A DNA stretch of 63,997 nucleotides, filler included, from Ionaspis alba (lineage: Eukaryota), in assembly GCA_964255285.1 (NCBI GenBank). It is 6 parts of 6 records of this genome, joined end to end, with 100 filler letters (N's around TTAATTAATTAA, not from the genome) between each part and the next. Parts side by side here need not be neighbours in the genome. Positions count along the whole stretch, not along the records: positions 33,529 to 44,568 come from CAXUUL010000574.1; positions 44,669 to 55,704 come from CAXUUL010000575.1; 4 more parts are not named here. One strand, written 5' to 3'. The translations under genes were made by a program, and so were the position numbers. The stretch's first letter is position 1; each line of letters starts with the position of its first letter. The notes beneath the pieces were generated by a model that worked only from the letters and a program-made list of their open reading frames with translations, had not been told where the DNA came from and did not search any database. Positions 35,702 through 48,571 of this stretch are shown here, one piece after another.

Positions 35702-37113
35702 TCATGAGGAGTATTGCACCTCGAGTCCAACTCCTCTAAAAATCTGTTCGCGTCTCCTCAAGTCCACCACAAGCCCGCAAGTATACAGGAGCTCCTTCAC
35801 CCTACCCTCCCACAGCAATCCAATACCCCAATCTTGGTTCACTCGTGCCTTCAAGACTCCAGACGTATCTTTGTCATCCTTAGCTTCACTTCCCAGTCCT
35901 AGCCCTTGAACGGCCGGCTCGGCAATCTTAGAGACAACACTCTCGCCCCATCCTCCGATCCCGGGCGTCTTCAACTTCCGGTATACCCATTCCAAGTCAT
36001 CCTCGCTCTTTCGTCTTCGTCTCCACAGCTCCATACCGAGCTGCAACTCACTTTCATAGCTGTAGACATTAAAATCAAAGCGCGAGCACAACGCCAGGGA
36101 AGAGCTAGCCTTGACAGCGTAAGTGCTAGACAGATTACCCATCAGCGGGTTTAGAGTTAGCGTCATTGTATATGGGAATCCAGTATGGCCTGGCAGCGTC
36201 GTGAATCGAATGCCTGTGCTGACACCACCCGATTTGTTCAGCAAGCCATAATAGACCTCTGCGCCAGCAGAGAATCGACCTTTCGGTCCAGCAGCCTTCT
36301 TCCCCGCTGCTGCCACACCTACGCTAGGAACCGCACCAGAAGATGATTCAGGAATCATGATTTCAACTTCTTCCGGAGAAGCGGGACCGACACGGGGATC
36401 AGCCCCGAAATTATAGAGCCCTCGCACACCGAGCAGGGCGCTGTCTGTGCTGTAGAGGTAGTCTGTGGAATACTTGCCGACGTCGCGCTGGAGAAGGAAC
36501 AAAATCGACCCGCCGGATTTGAGCGCTGAGGAGACACAGGAGATCTTCAGTTGAGAGGTTGGCGAAAGCCGTCGCAGGTAGAGCGCTTCAAGATGAGAAG
36601 CGGGGAGATAGAGTCGGCCGTAAAGCAGAGTGTCTGTGTCGATGCTGTTAGGGGCGGCTTGCAATGTGAATGAGGGATCGTTCCATACCCCGTCGATCTA
36701 CCCGTTTGCCCTGATGCCATACCTCCCACCACCAAGGCTCGTCAGGCCTACGGAGCTCGCGCAGCTGTCGGTAGCCCTGAATAGTCGTACGAAGAGGTAT
36801 AGCATTGCTCCTTGAAGGAATGGTGAGTTGTAAAGAGGAATAGAGGTAGGAGAGGGAGCCGTCAACGGCTCCGATGCTACCAAGACTATAGGACGTTGCG
36901 AAGTTCGGGGAGGAGAGAGAGGAAAGGTTGAGGCGCAGGCCATCGGGGGTTGGGAAGTCGAGGAGAGCTGGAAGGTGTCAATACATACAATATCAAGGGA
37001 CGAGAGGCAAGTCTACCGCGCGCCGTCGCAGTCAAAGAACCATAGGAATTATCAGGGCTCCAATGAGAGGCGGAGAGGAAGGCTTGTTGGACGTAGTCCA
37101 TGAAGCCCAGCAT
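35702..37113 (-). CDS. MDM10: Mitochondrial outer-membrane beta-barrel Mdm10, multi-exon
   Basis: [12 protein letters not shown]...[49 protein letters not shown]. Confidence 0.95.
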
Positions 37114-37358
37114 GCTGGGCGACTATGATTGGGAGAACCGGAGAATCATCTTGTGTACTTGTGATGCATTATAGGTAACCCACGACCGCCGCTCGAGTCG
37201 CGGAGCAAAACCCGCCGCAGGCCTCCGGCGAAATGCCAAGCATTTGCGCGCCAAGCCCTACAACTTTCACATCGAAATTATTTCTCGAGTTTGCCCGTTC
37301 CTGTAGGCATCGTCAACAAACACTTTCATTGCCATTGATCCACTGTGGTACTGCAAAG

Positions 37359-38099
37359 ATGCCCAAATCCAAGCGCGCGAAAGTGGTCCACCTTTCCAAG
37401 GTTACAAAAAAAGGCAAAGAACTAACTCTCAAAACCTTCGCCAATATCCAAGAAAGTGTTCCCACCTACCCATACCTCTACGTCTTCGCTGTTCACAATA
37501 TGCGCAATACCTACCTCAAAGACGTCCGTACGGCGCTCTCGGACAGTAGGCTCTTCTTTGGCAAAACGAAAGTAATGGCAAAAGCGCTTGGGCAGGATGC
37601 CGCTACAGAACCCGCACCGGGGACATCAGGGTTGGCGCGCTATCTGGCGGGAGATGTAGGACTGTTGTTTACTCCCAGAGACCCAGAGGCTGTTAAAGAG
37701 TTCTTTGAGGACTTTCATCCCTCTGATTTTGCAAGAGCGGGGATGGTTGCGACGAGGGGGTTCACACTACCCGGAGGAACGTTATATTCACGGGGCGGAG
37801 AGATCCCGGCAGAGGAAGATGTGCCGCTGGCGCATACAATGGATCAGGCGCTGAGAAAGTTAGGCGTGCCAACCCGGCTGGTGAAGGGCAAAGTGGAGCT
37901 GGATCAGGAACATGTTGTGTGCTCGGAAGGGGAGGTTCTGAGCAGTGGGCAGACAACGTTGTTGAAGATGTTTGGAGTTGCGATGGCGGAGTTTAGGGTT
38001 GAGGTCAGGGCGTGCTGGAGAAGGGATAGTGGGGAGGTCGATGCGTTGGGAGAGGTGGAAGGGAGTGGGATGGACATCGATGGAGAGCTTTCGCGCTGA
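37359..38099 (+). CDS. MRT4: Ribosome assembly factor Mrt4
   Basis: MPKSKRAKVVHLSKVTKK, NMRNTYLKDVR, FFGKTKVMAKALG, DFARAG. Confidence 0.95.
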   Translation: MPKSKRAKVVHLSKVTKKGKELTLKTFANIQESVPTYPYLYVFAVHNMRNTYLKDVRTALSDSRLFFGKTKVMAKALGQDAATEPAPGTSGLARYLAGDVGLLFTPRDPEAVKEFFEDFHPSDFARAGMVATRGFTLPGGTLYSRGGEIPAEEDVPLAHTMDQALRKLGVPTRLVKGKVELDQEHVVCSEGEVLSSGQTTLLKMFGVAMAEFRVEVRACWRRDSGEVDALGEVEGSGMDIDGELSR

Positions 38100-38710
38100 G
38101 CAACCCAAAAGTTGATGTGAAAATACTGGTTACATTACTGGCGTTCCGGATTCCGAAGTCTCTGAGCCTCGACTTGTACGGGACCATGCATATGGCGACG
38201 ATGTCACGACTGGAAGCGCAAGCTCTACCATAGATTACTTCTGGTGCTTAGGTCCCCCTAAGGTCAAGCAAGTAGTACAAAAGAAGAAGAAGAAAATCGC
38301 TCTTACCCTCCCAGGTTCCAGCTTCAAAGATCAGATGTCCTTACCTGACCTCACCTAATTGCATCCTGCAACATCTATCTAACGTACATGAATACTTACT
38401 AACACAAATTGAAAAGTAATAAAGAAGGATCCGCCAATCCTTTTGGACCGTGGTGTTCTGGACTTGATGATCTGAGCCTCTCGTTACCTCTTCGAGCTGG
38501 CGAATGATTGAAACCTGGACGTGAGTGCTGCAAGCACAAACAGTAACGACGAGACCTGATAGCGCAAAGTCCGGTTTACCTTCTGAACAAAGGTTGCTGA
38601 TGTGGAAGAAAAAAGCAATGTCACATCGACTCCGCTTACCCTGGAGGTGGGGGCGAGATGGAATGAGAGTGAGAGAACCCACCCAGGAAACCGACAGTGT
38701 AGTCAAGTGA

Positions 38711-40285
38711 CTAGTATCTTCGTTTACTGCGTGGATCATCGTAATCATCACCCTCATGGTACCGTTTCCTGCTAGCGTAGTCGTCTTCTCGTGGATCTCT
38801 AGGACGGCTGCCGTATCCTCGGTCCCGGTCCCGGTCACGATCTCGGTCTCCACGATCTCGGTCGCTATACCCACCCTCTCTTGGTCTTACCGGCTCACGG
38901 TTGCCACCAGTGAAGCCTCCTGAGCGGCTATCACCTCTGTCACCATAGCCACGACTACTTCCTCCACCGCGATAAGAGGATCTGTCGTCATATGAGCCAT
39001 TTCGTCTTGGATCACCATACCCACCACCGTTGATTGGTTCCGGAGCCGGGGATGAGCCGTTTATGCCGCCATTTGCGGGAGGCCCGCCGTAGCCTCCACC
39101 ACCGTACCCACCACCGTAACCACCACGATTGCCGCCTGGACCGGAAGGAGCATTTGCAGGGGGTACAGAGCCATAACCATTAGGACTACCACCATATCCG
39201 CCTCTTCCTCCGCCACCGAACCCACCTCCACCTTGGTATCCAATACCTCCTCTTCCACCTCCGTAGCCACCTCGATCTCCGCCACGGAAGCCTCCTCTAA
39301 ATCCTCCGCCACGGTCACCGAAACCACCTCGGAAGCCGCCTCGGAAGCCACCCGGCCCGGCAGGAGCGGCAAATCCACCAATTCCGGAAGGACGAGCCGG
39401 CATTGTTTTCGTATATCCTCTACCACCGAAACCACCTCCGAATCGCCTAGGTCGCCATCCCTTAACGGTTCGGCCGCGCTCGACATCGACGACAACGCGG
39501 CGATCTTTGATACGTATACCATCGGTTTCTTTATAGGCAGCTGTAGTAACGCAAAGAGCAAGGCCCTCGTGTCAGTCAAGCAATTAAGGACATTTACCTT
39601 GTAGATGGGGAGGTGAGGGGAGTCGCTGTTTCAGCTGTGATGATGGATTTTAGGGAAGCTTTACCCTTCATATCTTTTTCTCGCTCATAAACCACAAATG
39701 CGTAGCCCCGATGTGGCTTCTTTTTCTTCTTGGATTTCTCGCCACTTTCAGGCTCATGGGTGTCGGTAACGATCCGTATCTAGAGCCGTGAACATATTAG
39801 CAGCAGTGCACATCGAGCAAGGTCAACGCTATTTCCTACCCTTTCAATAGGTCCAAATCGTCCAAACTCTCTTTCCAAATCCTGCTCTTTGGTATCATAA
39901 CTCAACCTCCCCACAAACAATGTCTTGAGTGCATCGCCTCGAATATTTGGATCCTCGCTCGGCCGATCTATGTTTGTGTCATCAGTAATCATCCAGTGTT
40001 GTATGCAGAGATCCGATTTCACATACAACCCTTTGCATCTTCACCAGACACCTCCTGCTGTTTCTCCCTCTTCTCTGCCTTGATCCGAAGCTTTCTTTCT
40101 AGCCAGCTCTCTGTAGGTTCATAGGGAATTTCCGAGTAGTCTTCTATTGCTGAGAGGAATTGCGCAACCCCACTGATGTTGTTTGTCTTGCGTTCTTCAG
40201 GCGCATGATCACTTGGAGGGAGATAGCGGAGGCCGGGGCGTGCAGCGAAGAGGGCAAGGAGATTGGGCGGGAGCTTATCTGTCAT
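38711..40285 (-). CDS. SNP1: U1 snRNP 70K protein (4 exons)
   Basis: [54 protein letters not shown]- and RD-rich tail. Confidence 0.96.
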
Positions 40286-40529
40286 AGCTGCGGCGACATG
40301 AGAATGAAGAAAAGGATTAGAAGACGGTGGTACTAGGGTCGAAGGCAAACGGTGGAGTCCGATAAAGTGTGTTCAATCATCTAGTCGTCGCGTTGAAGCT
40401 CCAAAATTCACTCCTTTCATTTGCTTGGCGGATGAGTCAGCCAAGGATGCCCCCAATTTATGGAACCCTTCATCCATACAAAACTGGACAGAAACATCAT
40501 ATCAAACGACATGCTCCAGATACGATAAC

Positions 40530-41193
40530 ATGACCATTTCGGCCATACCAGCAGTCTCAACCGCCCGTGTAAGCTTCAACTCGCATAATCCTCAAGCTCA
40601 AACTGACATAGCTCTCAGAATGGCGTCGGGGCCTTCATTCTGCAATGCAAACGGATCGACTTTCACTACTGCGACTGGGCAGGTAGCTCGAAAGGGATGA
40701 AGTGAGTGCCACATCAATTTAGAACCCATCTGCAATATGGCCCTAGCTTTATATGCCTTCGACAATTTCACATCATTCCTCCCCAGTCTCACAATTCGAG
40801 GCCATTGCTGATCTATACCTGAATAGACAATTCCTCACCCAAACCCTCCCCAGCTTCGCTCGTGCCAACCCCCAAATCGAAATCCACGTATCCCCGCGCC
40901 CACACGCTCATCCTATCATCCGCGGTCACTACATCTCGTCTCCCTCCCATTCTGCCACCAACCTCGCCTCTTCACGCTCCACTCCCGTGCCCCAAAAGGC
41001 GATATGCGTTCGGAACCTAGAGAAAGAGCAGATACTACAAAAGGTTGAGATTCTGCGCGATGGCAGTGGGACAAAGAATAGGAGGGTGAAGGGCGGGAGA
41101 GTGGTTGGTAGCTTGAATGAAGGTGTCAGAGGTGTATGGAGCCCGATGCACGGTGGTAGAAGTCCATTGGAGGGGATGGGACGATGGGGTTGA
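40530..41193 (+). CDS. MRPL51: Mitochondrial ribosomal protein mL43/MrpL51 (3 exons)
   Basis: Spliced NGVGAFILQCKRIDFHYCDWAGSSKGM...FARANPQIEI...HPIIRGHY...ICVRNL...VRGVWSPMH. Confidence 0.92.
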
Positions 41194-41426
41194 AGGCTAT
41201 AAAGGAGGAGATTTGGGCGGAATCATGGAAATACCAATATTCGATGGCGTCAACTGTTCGTCTTAAGTGGGATACAGGTCAGGAGAGCATGTATAAAGCT
41301 TTATGCATAAGACTATTTGTACAGGAGTTCACATTCTTTTCTGGCCCTGTTCATCGCCGCCATGTCAGCGTGTCCTGATCATGTATCGTCATGCCACGAA
41401 CCCGTGAGTCGACTCCGGCTTCTCCT

Positions 41427-42716
<1,290 letters not shown>

Positions 42717-42717
42717 G

Positions 42718-42817
42718 NNNNNNNNNNNNNNNNNNNNNNNNNNNNNNNNNNNNNNNNNNNNNNNNNNNNNNNNNNNNNNNNNNNNNNNNNNNNNNNNNNN
42801 NNNNNNNNNNNNNNNNN
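42718..42817. other. Within-scaffold assembly gap (100 N)
   Basis: Plain N run. Confidence 0.97.
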
Positions 42818-43145
42818 ATTCAATCCTCATTGCTGACTAGAGCCCATGCTGATGATAACTGACCAGCTCAATCTATCTCGTTGGCATCATTATAATGAGC
42901 AGTTGGATCAAGTTCTTAAGAAAAGAACTTTCAGACATCGACATTCAATGAAAGCAAAGAGTTATAGCTCCCGACGGGAAGGCTTTTATGATTGTCCAAG
43001 CTCTTCTATTCATTGCTTTAATCTACAAAACTCCTGAAGATCCCCTTGTCGCTTCCTCTGATCGAAATCTACTCTTTCCATTTCCGTCAAGTCTTCAAGC
43101 CAGCTTGTGGCTCTCCGAAGACTGAGACAGAATAAGAGGAAACTG

Positions 43146-44324
43146 TCAGGGCATTACACCACTATTGGCGTGCCAAAGAGCAAACCAGAACTTGATAGTT
43201 CCTTCGTCAACCGCACATATCTTTCCATCTTTGTCATGCTGGTAATCCTGGTATACACGTTTGATCACAGCTTGACCGCCCTGCGATAGGTCTGTGAGAG
43301 CTTTCGGCAGGGAAAGCTTCACGTTGACGCAGTGCCCGGTCTCCTCACCGTTCGTCGATCCACTCACTGGCGTCATGAAACCACACGCAACTCTCTTAGC
43401 TCGTTTAGTGAGCCGGCTGGTCTGTGAGCTGTTCGAAAAGATGAAATCTTGACCGAGGGCATCGAAGCTGTCGTAGAATTTCCAGAACCAGATATTGGCC
43501 GCTGCTTTGGGGACTTTCTCCGAGTTCAAACATTTGATGAGAAACTGGACCTCAGCCATGGAGAGGCCGATTGATGGCTCTGCTGTACCAATTTCATTTG
43601 CAAGTTGATCGGTGTTGAACTTTGATCGTCTTGTGTCGCACACGAGTTTTGCTGCGGAGCAGAAGACGCAGTTGAAGTTGCGGTGTGAGGCGTTGATCGT
43701 GTACGCTTCGGATGTGGAAAGGGTTGCGTAGGTCAAAGAGGGCTTGTGAGATGGTTGAAGAGGCAGCTGAACCGATTCCACGTAGCCTCCTTTCGAAGTG
43801 TTCGACGATCTTATTTCGACTAGCGACTGCACTCCTGCTAAAGGGTTCCACGGTGCCTCATGGATGCTGGAGATAAGTCCGTTTTTTTCACCTTTCTTGA
43901 AGGCTTCAACCGTTTCATCAAGGATTTGGTTTCCCAATTCCTCCCACATCAATTTCTCTTTACGCTTGAAGTTTTCGAGGGTGTGGAGGACTGCCTTCCG
44001 CAGATCCCGCATGTCAATGCCTTCAGACCCCTCAACCAGCTCGCTCACTCGAACGAGGTCGTCCCGAATAGCACCAACTAAGGCTCGATATTCTTTTCTA
44101 CTCCGGCGCATTTTGTCACTCAAGCCATCAATGGTAACGGGATTAAAAAGGCCTGGGTTCTTCCTGAGAGGCCCTATGGTAAGCCTAGTCAACTATTTTG
44201 TCTCGTTCAAAGGTGCTGACCAGTATTCCAGCCACAAATTCGGGTCATATGTGCTCGCAGAAATTTCGAATTCAGACATCGGCGACTCGAAATCCTCGAT
44301 ATCCGACACATCAACGTCGGACAT
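43146..44324 (-). CDS. Hypothetical protein; both ends uncertain (probable short introns at both ends, or a disrupted gene)
   Basis: 348-codon ORF; upstream in-frame segment MSDVDVSDIEDF...WLEYW separated by one TAG; TATA-like TATAAATATATA around 44402-44413. Confidence 0.55.
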
Positions 44325-44568
44325 TTGGTTCGCCAAAGGGTATGCGGAAAAGCTTTGTAATATGAATGCGTTGTTGTTTGCCGGGCTACCACCAACTCTC
44401 GTATATATTTATAAACAAATGGGAGTGCTGCCTTGCTCAATTCCACGCGTCAAAAAAACACAATTGCACGTCGCCTACTCTTGGCACAGCGACCCCCTCA
44501 AGCCTACATGGACGCCTTGTTTGCACAATTGTAACAACGGAATCTATTCAAATGCATAAAACCTTCGT

Positions 44569-44668
44569 NNNNNNNNNNNNNNNNNNNNNNNNNNNNNNNN
44601 NNNNNNNNNNNNTTAATTAATTAANNNNNNNNNNNNNNNNNNNNNNNNNNNNNNNNNNNNNNNNNNNN
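44569..44668. other. Artificial scaffold spacer N44-TTAATTAATTAA-N44
   Basis: Same linker. Confidence 0.98.
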
Positions 44669-44830
44669 GGGAGGGCGAGGGTTGTGCTGCAGCACGGGGT
44701 CGGGGATTGGGTACGGCAAGCGGACTATTCTGGTGTCAAGGGAGTAGGTAACAGGGCGGAGGGGATGAGGAAGATGCTAGTGGAGTTGGGAGAGGGAAGG
44801 GAGGTGCTCGAGTATAGTCAGAAGGACTGA
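44669..44830 (+). CDS. Probable C-terminal fragment of an unidentified gene cut by the scaffold start
   Basis: Open frame from the edge: GRARVVLQHGVGDWVRQADYSGVKG...REVLEYSQKD*; G-rich like other gene 3' ends here. Confidence 0.4.
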   Translation, partial: GRARVVLQHGVGDWVRQADYSGVKGVGNRAEGMRKMLVELGEGREVLEYSQKD

Positions 44831-44900
44831 CCCGTAGGTACCAGAACACTGGTAAGCTCGAAGAGCCTTCGATATTTGACGTCTTGAATAGCTGGGCCTG

Positions 44901-46148
44901 TCATAACTGGAACTTCGTCCTCGTTTTCTCTATGCCGCCTCGCCATTCCCATTCTTGCCCACTGCCCCTCTGTATACCCTTGTCGATTCGCCGTAGCTTC
45001 ATCGTGAAGCGTGGTCCCAATTCTTGCAGACCAGCCCGGATACCTTCTACGCCTTTGACTTCTTTGCCATCAGGTCCAACTATGCTCTTTTCCGTAGCTC
45101 GCTTCTCCCGGAAGACGTATCGATGCCGGCGTAGGAAGATATAATCCCTTTGGTTGTGTAGTGTAACCACCTGACGACCTTGGAAGTCAGGTTGAGGAGG
45201 AAACATGGTTCGGAAAAGGTGGGCTGTGAGCAGGCCAAGGGGAGTGCGGAAATTATTGAGGATTAGTTCTGGGTGATGATTCGTAGGGTTGCCATGACCA
45301 GGCAGCTTTTTGCCTTCGACCCAGTTGCTGATGGAGAAGTGAAACATAGGTCCGGATGGCAGATGCACGAAATCCAGGCCCGTAGGGATTTTCTGATCCT
45401 CTTTGAGTACTATCACCGCCGTATATTTCCGATTCGTTGCAAAGGATGAAATTTCTCGTATTGAGAACTTGTGGCCGTAGCGGTGAGCTGAACGGGGGAT
45501 GTAGACACTATTTGGAAAGAGTGTAGTAAGGAGTCGAGCTTCGTTGTGCAGGTTGGAGTTTATGGATGTTGTGACAAGAATCTTAGGAGTCGAAGGTGCT
45601 TCCATGGAGAAAAGGGATGGAAATCGTGCTGCTAAAGCCTCAGGTGTGAGGTCAAGATTGGTACTCGTTGTGGAATGAACTGGACTTGTGGCTCGTTCTG
45701 TTGCTGTCCGTGGTCCTGTGCGTTTCTGGGGCTGCTCTTTTGTCCGCCCTTCCCCCTCATCGTCACTGGCCGAGTCAACCATGCTGTCATGGTCCTCATC
45801 TGTGTCATCCTCCATTCTATTCTCTACTTCATCCTCTGCTGCCTGCTCGAGCTTCTGCCTCTTCAGGCGCTCTGCATCGACACTCACGCCCAGTCCATCT
45901 CCTGTATCCCTGTCGACATCATCCCAGACTCTTTTCCTATCGAGAGTCAAGGGTATATTCCGCTTGACCCTCTCTTCCCTCAAATTTGGGTCCTTGTCTT
46001 CCTCTCGCCTTCGCCTGAATCTTTCATCACGTCTTGTTAATTCCCTAGCTTTTTTCTGCTTTACATGGAGATCTTGTCGTTTGTGTTTATTCGCGGTCTT
46101 GAAAGGGAGGGAGGCCTTGGGAGACGGCTTGAATTTCTGGGAGGCCAT
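44901..46148 (-). CDS. RPF1: Brix-domain ribosome biogenesis protein Rpf1
   Basis: PELILNNFRTPLG, RQVVTLHNQRDYIFLRRHRYVF, GLQELGPRFTMKL. Confidence 0.93.
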   Translation of the reverse strand: MASQKFKPSPKASLPFKTANKHKRQDLHVKQKKARELTRRDERFRRRREEDKDPNLREERVKRNIPLTLDRKRVWDDVDRDTGDGLGVSVDAERLKRQKLEQAAEDEVENRMEDDTDEDHDSMVDSASDDEGEGRTKEQPQKRTGPRTATERATSPVHSTTSTNLDLTPEALAARFPSLFSMEAPSTPKILVTTSINSNLHNEARLLTTLFPNSVYIPRSAHRYGHKFSIREISSFATNRKYTAVIVLKEDQKIPTGLDFVHLPSGPMFHFSISNWVEGKKLPGHGNPTNHHPELILNNFRTPLGLLTAHLFRTMFPPQPDFQGRQVVTLHNQRDYIFLRRHRYVFREKRATEKSIVGPDGKEVKGVEGIRAGLQELGPRFTMKLRRIDKGIQRGSGQEWEWRGGIEKTRTKFQL

Positions 46149-46308
46149 GTTTCTAATGTGTACTCCTAAGCAAGAGATAAAGGGAGGTCGCAGGTTGTGC
46201 TTAGGGCTTTTCCACCTTGAAGTACCGTTGAATTGAAGATGCTGGAAATATTGATTGAGCCGGATATCGCTTAACTATCTTAGCGTGAAATCGTTACTGT
46301 CGCGCCCA

Positions 46309-46315
46309 TGAGTCA
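46309..46315. promoter_or_regulatory. Gcn4/CpcA response element TGAGTCA in the RPF1/GRS1 divergent promoter
   Basis: Perfect TGASTCA about 90 bp upstream of the first GRS1 ATG. Confidence 0.55.
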
Positions 46316-46401
46316 GAGCTCGAGTTAACGTGTCACACCCTACCCTACCATCACAGAGTCACTTTTAATAAGTCAAAGAAGCCAATTGAGTTAATTTTTT
46401 G

Positions 46402-48571
46402 ATGACCAGACTTTCTCCACTTCTTCGATCTCTAAGGAATTCCAAGTCTTTCCGATACAGGCCGGTTCCTGTGCGACGAACCTTTTGCGCGACGCCTCAG
46501 ACATTCAGATACCAAGTCTTGAGACTCCCCGAAAACATGGCTACTACCACTACAAAAACTGGCCAACCTCTCGATAGACAAGTGCTAGACTCCCTACTCC
46601 GTCGTCGTTTGTTCTACACCCCTTCCTTCGAACTCTACGGGGGCGTTTCTGGTCTTTACGACTACGGTCCACCAGGCTGCTCGCTACAAGCAAACATCAT
46701 TGACATATGGCGGAAACACTTTGTCCTGGAGGAGGATATGCTCGAGGTTGACTGTACTGCCCTTACGCCACATGATGTGCTCAAGACAAGTGGGCATGTA
46801 GATAAGTTCGCAGATTGGATGTGCAAGGACCCCAAGAGTGGGGAGATATTCCGAGCAGATCATTTGGTCGAAGAAGTCCTTGAATCGCGTCTCAATGGCA
46901 ACAAGGAAGCTCGAGGTCAGAAGGTCGAGGTTGACGAGGAGAAGGACGCCAAAAAGAAAAAGAAGAAAGTCAAGGATACGAAGGCCATCAAGCTAGACGA
47001 TGCCGTGATCAAGGAATATGAGGAGGTGCTGGCCAAGATCGACAACTACAATGGCGATGAGCTTGGCGAGCTCATCACAAAGTACAGCATCAAGAACCCC
47101 ACCACTGGTGGCGATCTACAACCTCCCAAAGCTTTCAACCTCATGTTCCAGACCGATATTGGCCCTACTGGACAACTCAAAGGCTACCTGCGTCCCGAGA
47201 CAGCTCAAGGCCAATTTCTTACTTTTCAAAAGCTGCTGGAATTCAATCAGCAATCGATGCCCTTCGCGTCAGCATCGATTGGCAAGTCATTCCGAAACGA
47301 GATTTCGCCTCGATCAGGTCTACTTCGTGTTCGGGAATTCTTGATGGCTGAGATCGAACATTTTGTGGATCCCGAGGGTGGGAAGAAACACCCGCGGTTC
47401 ACCGAAGTGCAAGACATCGAGCTTGTCCTACTCAATCGTAAGGTACAGCTTGAAGGACGAACGGACGTCGAGAAGATGACCATAGGTAAGGCAGTATCGA
47501 CGGGTCTGGTGGACAACGAGACTCTTGGCTACTTTCTTGCGAGAATACAACTCTTCTTGAAGAGGCTGGGTGTGGATCAAGAGAAGGTCCGATTCAGACA
47601 GCATATGGCCAATGAAATGGCTCACTACGCAGCGGATTGCTGGGACGCTGAGCTTTTGACTAGTTATGGCTGGATCGAATGCGTTGGTTGCGCAGATCGA
47701 AGTGCGTATGATTTGACCGTTCACGCGAAAAGGACTGGAGCCCCGTTGTGTGTCAGAGAAACACGCAGTGAGCCTTTGAGAATCGAGGAGTGGCAGATCG
47801 ACCTAGATAGGAAGAAATTTGGCCCCAAGTTCAAGAAGGACGGCAAGGCGGTCGAGACCGCAGTGGATGCACTATCGCAAGATCTTCGAGAAAAGCTCTC
47901 GTTAGAACTGAAGAAAGATGGGAAGATTGTGATCGATGTACCTGGAGTTGGAGACGGTAAAGTGGAAATAGAAAAGGACTTGATTGGTATAGAAAAGCGG
48001 ACGCGCATCGAGCATATCCGTGAGTACACTCCCAACGTCATTGAGCCGTCGTTTGGTATTGGACGAATATTCTATTCTCTAATGGAACATGTCTATTGGT
48101 TCCGAGAAGGAGCTGAGGAACGAGGGGTAAGTGCTCATAGATATCATGCATTGACCAGTTGGATCGAGTTGACCAACGTCCCAGGTTCTATCGTTTCCTC
48201 CGCCCGTTGCACCTACCAAGGTACTCATTGTTCCTCTTTCGAATGACACACGCTTCAAGCCCTTGATAAGGACTGTGGGATCGAAGCTGCGTCAGCTCGG
48301 GATTTCAAACCGTGTGGATGACTCCTCTGTCAGCATCGGCAAACGATATTCCAGAAATGACGAGCTTGGCACGCCGGTCGGCATTACAGTCGACTTCCAA
48401 TCTATTGAAGATAACACTATCACCCTCCGCGACCGGGACACAACGAAGCAGGTACGGTCAGATGTTGGCACGATATGCAATGCTATCAAGAGTATGGTGG
48501 AAGGGCAGAAGTCATGGCAGGATGTGCAGAAGCAGCTCCCGGAGTTCACAAAGCAGGAGGTCGCGGAATGA
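46402..48571 (+). CDS. GRS1: Glycyl-tRNA synthetase (intron 48127-48184); second in-frame ATG at 46537
   Basis: GLYDYGPPG, KTSGHVDKF, YLRPETAQG, FRNEISPR, GWIECVG, VIEPSFGIGR, SIGKRYSRNDELG. Confidence 0.97.

Noticed and set aside
37233..37358. N-terminal extension of Mrt4 from ATG 37233
   Set aside because: Lies inside the 245-bp divergent promoter, probably upstream of the transcription start; the family starts at MPKSKR
43798..44559. 253-aa + strand ORF and similar antisense ORFs (25777-26367, 45688-46236, 9341-9775)
   Set aside because: Shadow frames of genes on the opposite strand; no independent motifs
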